DNA from: Malacoraja senta
Taxonomy: Eukaryota
Assembly: GCA_038087875.1 (NCBI GenBank)
Contig: JAXLNO010000396.1
Coordinates: 62,001 to 126,000, forward strand
DNA length: 64,000 nt
Direction: 5' to 3'
Under the pieces are notes generated by a model. The model was not told the DNA's origin, did no database searches, and saw only the letters and a list, made by a program, of their open reading frames with translations. Shown here piece by piece: positions 1 through 14,550 of the stretch (the first letter of the stretch is position 1; the number at the start of each line of letters is the position of its first letter). The position numbers and the translations under genes were made by a program.

Positions 1-1404
1 TTCAAAGCAAACCACTTTCTGCATTTTCAAAGCAAACCTTTTGCATTTTCAAAGCAAACCTTTTGCATTTTCAAACCAAACCACCATTTGCTTTTTCAAA
101 CCCAACAACCAATTGCATTTTCAAAACAAACCACCATTTGCATTTTCAAACCAATCCACCATTAGCATTTTCAATCCAATCCGTTTGCATTTTCAAAGCA
201 AACAAACATTTGCATTTTCAAAACAAACCACCTTTTGCATTTTCAAAGCAAACCACCTTTTGCATTTTCAAATCCAACATGCTTTTGCATATTCAAAGCA
301 AACCTTTTGCATATCCAAACCAAACCGACATTTGCATTTTCAAACCAATCCACCATTTGCATTTTCAAACCAAACCACCATTTGCATTTTCAAAGGAAAC
401 CACCTTTTTCCATTTTCAAAGCTAACCACCTTTTTGCATTTTCAAAGCAAACCACTTTTGCATGTACAAAGCAAACCTTTTGCATTTTCAGAGCAAACCT
501 TTTGCATTTTCAAACCAAACCACGTGTTTGTATTTCCAAACCAAACCACGTTTTGCGTATCCAAACCAAACAACCATTTGCATTTTCAAACAAAACCACC
601 TTTTGCATTTTCAAAGCAAACCACTTTTTGCATTTTCAAAGCACACCTTTTGCATTTTCAAAGCATACCTTTTGCATTTTCAATCCAAACCTCCTTTTCC
701 ATTTTCAAACCAAACCACCATTTGCATTTTCAAACCAAACCACCATTTGCATTTTCACACCAAACCATCTTCTGCATTTTCAAAGCAAACCTTTTGCATT
801 TTCAAAGCCAACCTTTTGCATTTTCAAACCAAACCTCCTTTTCCATTTTCAAAGCAAACCACCATTTGCATTTTCAAAGGAAACCACCATTTGCATTTTC
901 AAAGCAAACCACCTTTTGCATTTTCAAAGCAAACCACCTGTAGCATTTTCAAAGCAAACCACCTCTTGCATTTTCAAAGCAAACCACCTTTTGCATTTTG
1001 AAAGCAAACCCCACCTGTTGCATTTTCAAAGCAAACCACCTTTTGCATTTTCAAAGCAAACCCCACCTGTTGCATTTTCAAAGCAAACCACCTTTTGCAT
1101 TTTCAAACCAAACCGCCATTTGCATTTTCAAACCAATCTACCATTAGCATTTCAATCCAATCCGTTTGCATTTCCAAACCAAACAAATATTTGCATTTTC
1201 AAACCAAACCACCTTTTGCATTTTCAAAGCAAACAACTTTTTGCATTTTCAAAGCAAACCTTTTAAATTTTCGAACTAAATCTCCTTTTGCATTTTCAAA
1301 CCAAACCACCATTTTCATTTTCAAACCAGACAATCATCAGCATTTTCAATCCAATCCTTTTGCATTTTGAAATCAAACCACCATTTGCATTTTCAAACAA
1401 AACC

Positions 1405-1805
1405 AAAAGATTTTTTTTGAAAATGCAAAAGGTTTGCTTTGAAAATGCAGAAGATTGGATTGAATATGCAAATGGTTTGGCTTGAAAATGCAACTGGATT
1501 GCTTTGAAAATGCAAATGATGGTTTGTTTTGAAAATACAAATGTGGTTTGGTTTGAAAATGCAAATGGTGGTTTGGTTTGAAAATGCAAATGATGGTTTG
1601 GTTTGAAAATGGAAAAGGAGGTTTGGTTTGAAAATGCAAAAAGGTTTGCTTTGAAAATGCAAAAGGTTTGCTTTGAAAATGCAAAAAGTGGTTTGCTTTG
1701 AAAATGCAAAAGGTGGTTTGGTTTGAAAATGCAAATGATTGTTTGGTTTGGATATGCAAAACGCGGTTTTGTTTGGAAATGCATTCACGTGGTTTGGTTT
1801 GAAAA
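1405..1805 (-). repeat. Inverted block of Satellite A
   Basis: Reads TTTGAAAATGCAAA/GGTTTGGTTTG, the reverse complement of the monomer; forward orientation resumes at 1806 (GCATTTTCAAAAC). Confidence 0.95.
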
Positions 1806-4800
1806 GCATTTTCAAAACAAACCATCATTTGCATTTTCAAAGCAAACCATTTGCATTTTCAAACCAAACCTTTTGCATTTTCAAAAAAAATCTTTTGGAT
1901 TTTGAAAGCAAACCAACATTTGCATTTTCAAAGCAAACTACCATTTGCATTTCCAAAACAAACCACCGTTTGCATTTTCAAAGCAAACCACCTTTTACAT
2001 ATTCAAAGCAAACTAACTTTTTCATTTTCAAAGCAAACCAAATTCTGCATTTCTAAACCAAACCACCTTTAGCATTTTCAAAGCAAACCACCATTTGCAT
2101 TTTCAAAGCAAACCACCTTTTGCATTTTCAAATCAAACCACTTCTTGCAATTTCAAAGCAAACCACGTTTTCCATTTTCAAATTAAACCATCTGTTGCAT
2201 TTTCAAAGCAAACCACCTTTTGCATTTTCAAAGCAAACCACCTCTTGCATTTTCAAAGCAAACCACCTTTTGCATTTTCATAGCAAATCTTTTGCATTTT
2301 CAAACCAAACCTTCTTTTCCATTTTCAAACCAAACCACCATTTGCATTTCAAACCAAACCACCATTTGTATTTGCGAAACAAACCGCCATTTGCATTTTC
2401 AAAGCAAACTATCTCCTGCATTTCAAGGCAAACCTTTTTCATTTTCAAACCAAACCTCCATTTGCATTTTCAAACCAAACCACCATTTGCATTTTTAAAA
2501 CAATCCATCATTTGCATTTTCAAAGCAAACCTTTTGCATTTTCAAACCAAACCTTCTCCATTTTCAAAGCAAACCTTTTGCATTTTGCAAAAAAAATCGT
2601 TTACATTTTCAAAGCAAACCAACATTGCATTTTCAAAGCAAACAACCATTTGCATTTTCAAAACAAACCACGTTTTGCATTTTCAAAGCAAGCCACCTTT
2701 TACATTTTCAAAGCAAACCACCTTTTGCATTTTCAAAGCAAACCACATTTTTACATTTTCAAAGCAAACCACCTTTTGCATTTTCTTAGCAAACATTTTA
2801 CATTTTCAAAGCAAACCACCTTTTGCATTTTCTAAGCAAATATTTTGCATTTTCAAAGCAAACCTTTTGCATTTCCAAACCAAACCACGTTTTGCATTTC
2901 CAAACCTAACCACCATTTGCATTTTCAAACCAAGCCAGCTATTGCATTTTCAATGCAAACCTTTTGCATTTTCAAAACAAACCTCCTTATGCATTTTTCA
3001 AACCAAACCACCATTTCCTTTTTCAAACCAAACAACCATTTGCATTTTGATACCAAACCACCTTTTTCATTTTCAAACCAAACCACCATTAGCATTTTCA
3101 TTCCAATCCCTTTGCATTTGCAAACCAAACCACCATTTGCATTTTGAAACCAAACCACCATTTGCATTTTCAAAACAAACCGTCATTTGCATTTTCAAAG
3201 CAAACCATTTGCATTTTCAAACTAAACATTTAGCATTTTCAAAGCATACCTTTTGCGTTTTCAAAGAAAACCTTTTGCGTTTTCAAAGAAAACCTTTTGC
3301 ATTTTCAAAGTAAACCACAATTTGCATTTACAAACCAAACCACCATTTTCATTTTCAAACCAAATCACCATTTTCATTTTCAAACCAAATCACCATTAGC
3401 ATTTTCAATCCAATCATTTTGCATTGTCAAACCTAACCACCATTTGCATTTTCAAACCAAACCACCATTGGCATTTTCAAAACAAACCATCATTTGCATT
3501 TTCAAAGCAAACCTTTTGCATTTTCAAAGCAAACATTTTACATTTTCAAAGAAAACCTTTTGCATTTTCAAAGCAAACCACCATTTGCATTTTCAAACCA
3601 AACCACCATTTACATTTTCAAACCAATCCACCATTAGCATTTTCAATCCAATCCGTTTGCATTTCCAAACCAAACAACCATTTGCATTTTAAAACCAAAC
3701 CTCCTTTTGCATGTTCAAACCAAACCACCATCAGCATTTTCAATCCAATCCTTTTGCATTTTCAAATTAAACCACCATTTCCATTTTCAAACCAAACCAC
3801 CATTTGCATTTTCAAAACAAACCATCATTTGCATTTTCAAAGCAAACCATTTGCATTTTCAAACCAAACCATTTGCATTTTCAAACCAAATCTTCTGCAT
3901 TTTCAAAGCAAACCTTTTGCATTTTCAAAAAAAATCTTTTGCATTTTCATAGCAAAGCAACATTTGCATTTTCAATGCAAATAACCATTTGCATTTTCAA
4001 AGCAAACCACATTATACATTTTCAAAGCAAATCACCTTTTTACATTTTCAAAGCAAACCACCTTTTTGCACTTTCTAAGCAAACATTTTGCATTTTCAAA
4101 ACAAACCATCGTTTGCATTTTCTAAGCAAATATTTTGCATTTTCAAAGCAAACTATTTGCATTTTCAAACCAAATCAGCTTTTGCATTTTCAAAGCAAAC
4201 CTTTTGCATTTTCAAAACAAACCTCCTTTTGCATTTTCAAAGGAAACCACCATTGCATTTTCAAAGCAAACCATCATTTGCATTTTCAAAGCAAACCATT
4301 TGCATTTTCAAATCAAACCTTTTGCATTTTCAAAGCAAACCTTTTGCATTTTCAAAGAAAACCTTTTGAATTTTCAAAGCAAACCACATTCTGCATTTCA
4401 AAGCAAACCGCCTTTTGCATTTTCAAAGCAAACCACCTTTTGAATTTTCAAAGCAAACCACCTTTTGCTTTTTCAAACGCAACATGCTTTTACATTTTCA
4501 AACCAAAGCACGTTTTGCATTTCCAAACCAAACAACCTTTTGCAATTTTCATAGCAAACCACCTTTTGCATTTTCAAAGCAAACCTCCTTTTGCATTTCT
4601 AAAGCAAACATTTTGCATTTTCAAAGCGAACCACCCTTTGCATTTTCTAAGCAAATATTTTGCATTTTCAAACCAAACTATTTGCATTTTCAAACCAAAT
4701 CACCTTTTGCATTTTCAAAGCAAACCTTTTGCATTTTCAAAACAAACCTCCCTTTGCATTTTCAAGGGAAACCACCATTGCATTTTCAAAGCAAACAACG

Positions 4801-7800
4801 TTTTGCATTTTCAAAGCAAACCATTTGCATTTTCGAACCAAACCTCCTTTTGCATTTTCAACCCAAACCACCATTAGCATTTTCAATCCAATCCTTTTGC
4901 ATTTTCAAATCAAACCACCATTTCTATTTTCAAATCAAACCACCATTTCCATTTTCAAAACAAACCATCATTTCCAGTTTCAAACCAAACCATTTGCATT
5001 TTCAAACCAAACCATTTGCATTTTCAAACCAAATCTTCTGCATTTTCAAAGCAAACCTTTTGCATTTTCAAAAAAAATCTTTTGCATTTTCAAAGCAAAG
5101 CAACATTTGCATTTTCAAAGCAAATAACCATTTGCATTTTCAAAACAAACCACCTTTGCATTTTCAAAGCAAACCACCTTTTACATTTTCAAAGCAAACC
5201 ACCTTTTGCATTTTCAAAGCAAACCACATTCTGCATTTTCAAAGCAAATCACCTTTTTACATTTTCAAAGCAAACCACCTTTTGCATTTTCTAAGCAAAC
5301 ATTTTGCATTTTCAAAGCAAACCACCTTTTGCATTTTCTAAGCAAATATTTTGCATTTTCAAAGCAAACTATTTGCATTTTCAAACCAAATCAGCTTTTG
5401 CATTTTCAAAGCAAACCTTTTGCATTTTCAAAACACACCTCATTTTGCATTTTCAAAGGAAACCACCATTGCATTTTCAAAGCAAACCATCATTTGCGTT
5501 TTGAAAACAAACCATTTGCATTTTCAAAGAAAAGCTTTTCCAATTTCAAAGAAAATTGTTTGCATTTTCAAAGCAAACCACCTTTTGCATTTTCAAAGCA
5601 AACCTCCTTTTGCATTTTTAAAGCAAACCACCTTTTGCATTTTCAACGCAAACATTTGGCATTTTCAAAGCAAACTAACTTTTGCATTTTCTAAGCAAAC
5701 ATTTTGCATTTTCAAAGGAAACCTTTTGCATTTTCAAAGGAAACCTTTTGCATTTTCAAACCAAACCTCTTTTTCCATTTTCAAACCAAACGACCATTTG
5801 CGTTTTAAAACAAAACCACCATTTGCATTTTCAAACTCAACCACCTTTGCATTTTCATAGCAAACCTTCATTTGCATTTTCAAAGCAAACTAACTTTTGC
5901 ATTTTCAAAGCAAACATTTTGCATTTTCATACCAAACCACCATTTGCATTTACAAACCAAACCTCCATTTGCATTTTCAAACCAAACGTTTTGCATTTTC
6001 AAACCACATTAGCATTTTCAATCCAAACAACCATTTGCATTTTCAAATAACACCACCTTTTGCATTTTCAAAGCAAACCAACATTTGCATTTTCAAAGCA
6101 AACCACCTTTTGCATTTTCAAAGCAAACCACCTTTTGCCTTTTCAAAGCAAACCACCTTTTGCATTTACAAAGCAATCCATCCTTTGCATTTTCAAAGCA
6201 AACCACCTTTTGCAATTTCAAAGCAAACCACCTTTTGCTTTTTCAAATCAAACCACCTTTTGCATTTTCAAAGGAAACCACCATTGCATTTTCAAAGCAA
6301 ACCAGCATTTGCATTTTCAAGGCAAACCAATGCATTTTCAAACCAAACCTTTTGCATTTTCAAAGAAAATCGTTGCAATTTCAAAGCAAACCTTTTGCAT
6401 TTTCAAAGAAAACCTTTTTCATTTTCAAATCAAACCAATATTTGCATTTTCAAAGCAAATCATCATTTGCATTTTCAAAGCAAACCATTTGCATTTTCAA
6501 AGCAAACCTTTTGCATTTTCAAAGAAAATCGTTTGCATTTTCAAAGCAAACCTTTTGCATTTTCAAAGAAAACCTTTTGCATTTTCAAACCAAACCACCA
6601 TTTGCAATTTCAAACCAAACCACCATTTCCATTTTCAAAACAAACCATCATTTGCATTTTGAAAGCAAACCATTTGCATTTTCAAACGAAGCCTTTTGCA
6701 TTTTCAAAGCATACATTTCGCATTTTCAAAGAAAACCTTTTGCATTTTCAAAGCAAACCACCATTTGCATTTACAAAGCAAACCTCCATTTGCATTTTCA
6801 AAACAAACCAACTTTTTGTTATTTTCAAAGCAAACAACCTTTTGCATTTTCAAAGCAAACCGACGTTTGCATTTTCAATGCAAACCACCATTTTCATTTT
6901 CAAAGCAAACCACCTTTTGCATTTTCAAAGCAAACCACCTTTTTTGCATTTTCAAAGCAAACCATCTTGTGCATTTTCAAAGAAAACCAGTTTTGCACTT
7001 TCAAAGCAAACCTTTTGCATTTTCAAACCAAACCTCCTTTAGCATTTTCAAACCAAACCACCTTTTGCATTTTCAAAGCAAACCACCTTTTTTGCATTTT
7101 CAAAGCAATCCATCTTGTGCATTTTCAAAGAAAACCAGTTTTGCATTTTCAAAGCAAACCTTTTGCATTTTCAAACCAAACCTCCTTTAGCATTTTCAAA
7201 CCAAACCACCATTAGCATTTTCAATCCAATCCTTTTGCATTTTCAAACCAAACCTCCATTTGCATTTTCAAACCAAACCACCACGTGCATTTTCAAAACA
7301 AACCATCATTTGCATTTTCAAAGCAAACCATTTGCATTTTATAAAGAAACCTTTTGCATTTTCAAAGCAAACCGTCTTTTGCATTTTCAGAACAAACTGA
7401 CTTTAGCATTTTCAAAGCAACCCACTTTTGCATATTCTAAGCAAACCTTTTTGCATTTTCAAAGCAAACCACCTTTTGCACTTGTCAAGCAAACCACCGT
7501 TTACATTTTCAAAGCAAACCAACTTTTGCATTTACAAAGCAATCCACCTTTTGCAATTTCAAACCAAACCACCTTTTGCAATTTCAAAGCAAACCACATT
7601 TTGCATTTTCAAATCAAACCACCTTTTGCATTTTCAAAGTAAACCACCATCTGCATTTTCAAAGCAAACCATCATTTTGCATTTTCAAATAAAATCTTTT
7701 GCATTTTCAAAGCAAACCAACATTTGCATTTTCAAAGCAAACAACCTTTTGCATTTTCAAAGCAAACCATCTATTGCAATTTCAAAGCAAAGCACCGTTT

Positions 7801-9661
7801 GCATTTTCAAAGCAAACCACCTTTTGCATTTACAAAGCAATCCACCTTTTGCATTTTCAAAGCAAACCACCTTTTGCAATTTCAAAGCAAACCACCTTTT
7901 ATATTTTCAAAGTAAACCACCATTTGCATTTTCAAAGCAAACCATCATTTCCATTTCCAAAGCAAACCTTTTGCATTATGAAAGAAAACATTTTGCATTT
8001 TCAACGCAAACCACCTTTTGCATTTTCAAAGCGAACCACATTTTGCATTTTCAAAACAATCCATCATTAGCATTTTCAAAGCAAACTATTTGCATTTTCA
8101 AACGAAACCTTTTGTATTTTCAAAGCAAACCACCATTTGCTTTTAAAAGCAAACCACCCTTTGCATTTTCAAAGCAAACGACCTTTTGCATTTTCAAAGC
8201 AAACGGCCTTTTGCATTTTCAAAGCAAACCGACTTTTTCATTTTCAAAGCAAACAATCATTTGCATTTCGAAAGCAAACCATTTGCATTTTCAAACCAAA
8301 CCATTTGCATTTTCAAACCAAATCTTTGCATTTTCAAAGCAACCTTTTTGCATTTTCAAGGCAAACCACCATTTGCATTTTAAAAGCAAACCGCCATTTG
8401 CATTTTCAAAGCAAACCTTTTGCATTTTCAAACCAAACCAAGTTTTGCATTTCCAAACCAAACATCTATTTGTATTTTCAAACCAAACCACCTTTTGCAT
8501 TTTCATAGCAAACCACTTTTTACATTTTCAATGCAAACCTTTTGCATTTTCAAAGCAAACCTTTTGCATTATCAAAGCAAACCTTTTTCATTTTCAAACC
8601 AAACATCTTTTTGCATTTTAAAACCAAACCACCATTTGCATTTTCAAACCAAACCTTTTCAATTTCAAATCACCATTTGCATTTTCAAACCATACCACCA
8701 TTTGCATTTTCAAACCAAACCACCATTTGCATTTTCAATGCAAACCACCATTTGCATTATCAAACCATAGCACCATTTGCATTTTCAAACCAAACCACCA
8801 TTTTCCTTTTCAAAGCAAACCACCTTTTGCAATTTCAAGGCAAATCTTTTGCAATTTCAAACCAAACCAATTTTGCATTTCCAACCCAAACAACCATTTG
8901 CATTTTCAAACCAAACCACCTTTTGCATTTTCCTAGTCAACTACTTTTTGCATTTTCAAAGGAAACCTTTTGCATTTTCAAAGCAAACCTTTTACATTTT
9001 CAAACCAAACCACGTTTTGCATTTTCAAACCAAACCACCTTTTGCTTTTTTAAACCAAACATCCATTTGCATTTTCAAAGCAAACTACCGTTTGCATTTT
9101 CAAAGCAAACCGCCTTTTGCGTTTTCAAAGCAAACCACCTTTTGCATTTTCTAAACCACCTTTTGCATTTTCAAAGCAAACCACCTTTTGCATTTACAAA
9201 GCAATTCGCCATTTACATTTTCAAACCAAACAACCATTTATATTTTCAAACCAAACCATCTTTTTCATTTTCAAACCAAACCTCCTTTTGCACTTTCAAA
9301 GCAAAACCTCCTTTTGCATTTTCAAAGCAAACCAATGCATGTTCAAAGCAAACATTTAGCATTTTCAAAGAAATCTTTTGCATTTTCATAACAAACATCA
9401 TTTTGCATTTTCATAGCAAACCACCTCTTGCATATTCAAAGCAAACCACCTTTTGCATTTTCAAAGCAAACCTTTTGCATTTGAAACCAATCCTCATTTT
9501 GCATTTCCAAACCAAACCACCATTTGCATTTTCACACCAAACCACATTTTTCATTTTCAAAGGAAACCACTTTTTACATTTTCAATGCAAACCTTTTGCA
9601 TTTTCAAACCAAACCATGTTTTGCATTTCCAAACCAAACATCCATTGCATTTTGAAACTAT

Positions 9662-9763
9662 CCCTAACCCTAACCCTAACCCTAACCCTAACCCTAACCC
9701 TAACCCTAACCCTAACCCTAATCCTAACCCTAAACCTAACACTAACCCAAACCCTAACCCTAA
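9662..9763 (-). repeat. Interstitial telomeric tract (TTAGGG)n, degenerate, class A
   Basis: (CCCTAA)n on plus with TCCTAA/ACCTAA/CACTAA/CCCAAA variants; flanks GAAACTAT and TCCATTATC. Confidence 0.95.
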
Positions 9764-10807
9764 TCCATTATCAAAGCAAACCACGTTTTGCATTTTCAAA
9801 GAAAACCTTTTTGCATTTTCAAAGGAAACCACTTTTTACATTTTCAAAGCAAACCGTTTGCATTTTCAAGGCATAACTTTTGCATTTTCAAACCAAACCT
9901 CCTTTTCCATTTTCAAACCAAACTACCATTTGCGTTTTCAAACCAAACCACCATTTTCCTTTTCAAAGCAAACCACCTTTTGCAATTACAAAGCAAATCT
10001 TTTGCAATTTCAAACCAAACCACGTTTTGCATTTCCAACCCAAACAACCAATCGCATTTTCAAACCAAACCACCTTTTGCATTTTCATAGTCAACCACTA
10101 TTTGCATTTTCAAAGCAAACCTTTCGCATTTTCAAACCAAACCTCCTTTTGCATTTTCAAACCAAACCTCATTTTGCATTTTCAAACCAAACCACCATTT
10201 GCTTTTTTAAACCATACATCCATTTGCATTTTCAAAGCAAACCACCTTTTGCAGTTTCAAAGCAAACCGCCTTTTGCATTTTCAATGCAAACCACCTTTT
10301 GCATTTTCTAAACCACCTTTTGCATTTTCAAAGCAAACCACCTTTTGCATTTACAAAGCAATCCGCCTTTTGCATTTTCAAAGCAATCCACCTTTTACAA
10401 TTTCAAAGCAAACCACTTTTTGATTTTCAAACCAAACCTCCTTTTGCATTTTCAAAGCAAACTACCTTTTCCATTTTCAAACCTAACCACATTTTGCATT
10501 TCCAAACCACACCGCCGTTTGCATTTTCAAACGAAACAACCATTTGCATTTTCAAACCAATCCATCTTTTTCATTTTCAAACCAAACTTACATTTGCATT
10601 TTCAAACCAAACCTCCTTTTGCATTTTCAAAGCTAAACCTCCTTTTGCATTTTCAAACCAAACCTTTGCATGTTCAAAGCAAACATTTAGCATTTTCAAA
10701 GCAAATCTTTTGCATTTTCATAACAAACATAATTTTGAATTTTCATAGCAAACCACCTTTTGCATATTCAAAGCAAACCACCTTTTGCATTTTCTTTTAA
10801 TTTTTCA

Positions 10808-10813
10808 TTTATT
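10808..10813 (-). promoter_or_regulatory. Polyadenylation signal AATAAA of the L1 element
   Basis: TTTATT on plus, followed on the minus strand by TGAAAAATTAAAA up to the TSD. Confidence 0.7.
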
Positions 10814-10977
10814 AGAAGTACATTACATTACAACCACGTACATTAGTACTCGTCACTTATATCTTCTTACAACTAATGTACTCCGTTTGTTTTTTACACT
10901 AGTAAAAGGAAAGAAAGAAGAAAGTGAAGGAAAAAGTGAAAGTGTAGAAAGTGTGACAACAAGACAGAACGAAGACC

Positions 10978-13900
10978 CTATAAGAACAAAATTAAAAACA
11001 AAAGAAAAAGAGTTAAGAAATAGACCCTAGAAAAGAAGGAGAAAGAGAAAGAGAAGAAAGAGAAAAACAAATAGTTTTTATGAGCATTACGCAAATGGGA
11101 CATAACAACTTTCCAGCTATCATCACCCTTTACCTGACCTCGGTTTTTTTTATGGTACCTTTGCACCCTATATTTGTAATAATTCTGTAAATGCAGACAC
11201 GTCAGATGGAATTGATCTGGTTTACCTGCCAGGAGGAGTCTTATCTCTTCTAGGTGTAATGTTTCGAACATATTTGAAATCCACATGTATATAGTTGGTA
11301 TTGGAGCCTTCTTCCAAAATTTTAGGATTAGCTTTTTTCCAGTAATTAACCCATAGTCTATTAGTTTTTTTTGAAACACATTTAGTTCTGGACCATCTTC
11401 CGTTGTTCCGAAGATAATCCATTCTGCTTTGGGTATCAGTTTTATTTTAAATAATTTTGTAAAGATTTCGAAAATTTCATTCCAACATTTTTGAATTTTT
11501 GTACAGAAAACAAATGGGTGCGCTATAGTAGCTTCTTGGGATTGACATTTATCACAAATGGATGATACATTTGGGGAAATTTTATGGATTTTAGTTTTGG
11601 AATAATATAATCTATGTAAAATTTTAAATTGTATTAAAGTGTGTCTTACATTAATCGAACATTTATGCACGTTTAATAAGTGTCCATTCCACCTTTCCTT
11701 TGAAATTGTAATAGCTAACTCTTGTTCCCAGTCTCTTCTGATACCTTCCGTAGATGGTATTTCTACATTTAAGATTATATTATACAAATATGATATTAAG
11801 TTTGCTGATTCAGCTTTTATCTGCATTGCCTCATCCAATACATCTGCTGGGCAATTATAATGATCTTTTGTATTTTTTTCAAATAGTCGCATATTTGAAA
11901 ATATTTAAAATATTGATTATTTCCGAGTTTATATTTTATTTGTAATTGTTGAAATGAAAGTAATTTTCCAGTTACCGAACGTTTTAATTCATAGTCTATC
12001 CCAATGTATAAAAGATTTATCTATAATAGAGGGATTAAACGAAGGGTTATTAACTATGGGAGATAATAGTGATAAATGTCTTAATTTTAAATTTTGTTTT
12101 ATTTGTTTCCAAATTCGGATTGTACTATGGATAATTGGGTTCTTATTATAATTTATATTATTCAGTTTCATTGGTGAGAGGAGGATCGCTCCAATGTTTC
12201 CAGAGGAGCAACCCTCTTTCTCCATTACAATCCAGTCCACTTGCTGGGCGGAGTTATCCATCAGTTGAATCATATTTTTAATATTTGCTGACCAATAATA
12301 ATACATGAAATTAGGTAGTGCTAAACCCCCTAATACTTTAGGTTTATTCAAGTGAGTTTTTTGTATTCTATGTGATTTATAGTCCCATATAAAATTAGTG
12401 ATATCTGAGTCCAGTTTAATAAAAAACTTCTTTGGTAAGTATATAGGAATCGATTGAAATAGGTTTAAAATTTGTGGTAGAAAGATCATTTTTATTGCAT
12501 TTATTCGGCCTATTAAAGACACCGGGAGCGTTTTCCAAAATTTAATTAGTGTGTTTAATGTATTAAGTAGTGGATCAAAATTTGCCTTAAACATACCTTG
12601 ATATGTTCTAGTAATTTCAATTCCCAAGTATTTAAATTTTTCTGTAGCTATTTTAAAAGGGAATTTTAAAAGATGTGTTGAATCTTTCGGTTTTATTGAC
12701 ATAATTTCACTCTTATTCCAATTTATTCTATATCCAGAAAAGGATCCAAAGTCTTCAATTAAATTTAATATATTTGGTATAGTGATTTGAGGTTTTGTAA
12801 TGTACAGTAATATATCATCTGCGTATAAAGATATTTTATTATATGAATCTTTAGTATTATACCCATGGATATCAGGGTGTATTCTAATTTTTTCTGCTAG
12901 CGGTTCAATAATAAGTGCAAACAACTGTGGTGATAATGAGCATCCTTGTGTATTTCCCCTTGATAGTTGGAATTTCGAGAATAATATATTATTAGTTAAT
13001 ATTCTAGCTGTAGGTTTATTATATAATAATTGTATCCATAGAATAAAATTCTCTCCCAGTTGGAATTTTTGGAATACTTTATCCATATAATTCCATTCTA
13101 CTTGGTCAAATGCTTTTTCAGCAACCAGCGAAATAATTGATAATTCTTGTTCTTCAGATTTGTATGAGTGCATTATGTTGAGTAAACGTCTCATATTGTT
13201 ACAAGAGTATCTCTTAGGGATAAACCCCGTCTGATCTGGGTTTATTAATTTACTAATATATTTACTTAATCTTCTAGCTAATATTTTTGCTAATATTTTT
13301 TGATCTGTGTTTAACAATGTAATAGCTCTATATGAACCAGGTTCTTCTAAATCTTTGTCTTTCTTAAGTATTAGTGTAATCGTTGATTCCGCTAATGTAT
13401 CAGGTAGTATTTGTTTTTTAAAAGCATATTGGTACATTTTTTGTAACGGTATTATTTTCTCATAAAAGCTTTTATAAAATGCATTAGTAAATCCATCTGG
13501 ACCTGGTGTTTTTCCATTCTTTAGTGAGTTTATTGTATCTTCTAATTCCTTAATTGAGATTTGTGCACCCAATTCCTCTTGTTCCTTCAACTCTAACTTT
13601 GGAAGATTACAATTATCCAAAAACGTTATGATTTTATTGGAATCAATTGTCGTTTTAGATGTATACAAATTCTCATACAATTGCGCAAATCTTTTATTAA
13701 TATCCTTCGGTGTTGTTAATAATTCCCTTTATCTGATTTAATCTTTGCGTTAGTATGTTTCTTTTCTCGTTTTTTTAGCTGGCGAGCCAAGAGTTTATGC
13801 GGTTTATCCCCAAATTCAAAGTGCTCTTGTTTTGTAATTTGAAAAAGTCTTATAAGTTTGGCTAATAATAGTTTATTTAATTTAAATTTCAAAATTATTA

Positions 13901-14550
13901 TTTTATTATGTTTGTATATTGATGGATCTTTAGCATTATCTATATCCATTTGTCTAATAAGTTCTTCTAACTGTCTTTGTTCATTTTTATTGTTTTTATT
14001 TTGAAAAGCTTGATATGAAATTATAATACCCCTAATGTATGCTTTAAAAGATTCCCATAACACAGTAGCCGATATATCAGGAGTATCATTTATTTGAAAA
14101 AAGGCATCCATTTGTTCATTTAAATATATACTCGCTTGTGGATCTTTTAGGATTTGAGAATTAAATCTCCAAAACGATTTATTCTTAGACATCCCTTCCA
14201 GTTTTAAAAAGAAAGTTAGTGGAGAATGGTCTGAAATCGAATTTGTATGGTATGTTGGGTTAAATGTTTGAGGGATTAATTTTGTATCCAGCAGGAAGTA
14301 ATCTATACGTGAGTATGTTTTGTGTACCATTGAAGAAAACGAGTATTCCCTGCCAGTTGGATTAACAATTCCCCAAACATCTGCTATATTAGAATTGTTT
14401 ATGTAGGTATTGAGAAGTTCCCCGGTTTTCGATTTCATATTCCCTCTCTGTTTTTGGCTTGATTTATCTAAATACGGATCTAAAACACAGTTAAAGTCTC
14501 CCCCTATAATAACATTTTAGTAGTTAGACTCTGCAATTATGTTCAAATGT
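10978..14550 (-). pseudogene. L1 ORF2 (endonuclease/reverse transcriptase) pseudogene
   Basis: Pieces 13716-14438 (EN C-half and linker), 11989-13680 (RT) and 10978-11892 (C-terminal). In-frame TAA at 14517-14519, 1-bp frameshift near 13725 (KGNY* vs KGELLTTPKDINKRF in the next frame), TGA at 11989-11991 plus further frameshifts. The true 3' end of ORF2 is uncertain, probably near 11150-11200. Confidence 0.9.

Larger units (their letters stand above)
1..10794 (+). repeat. Satellite A block 1: tandem 25/22-bp monomers, consensus TTTGCATTTTCAAA(G/C)CAAACC(ACC)(T/A)
   Basis: Continuous tandem repetition of the GCATTTTCAAA core at 22- or 25-bp intervals; the plus strand is G-poor. Interrupted by an inverted block (1405-1805) and a telomeric tract; ends at the L1 3' junction. 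Confidence 0.97.

Noticed and set aside
10785..13090. Plus-strand ORFs antisense to the L1 (10785, 11639, 11754, 11954, 12800)
   Set aside because: Short shadow ORFs on the opposite strand of ORF2 or the 3' UTR, with no recognisable motifs.
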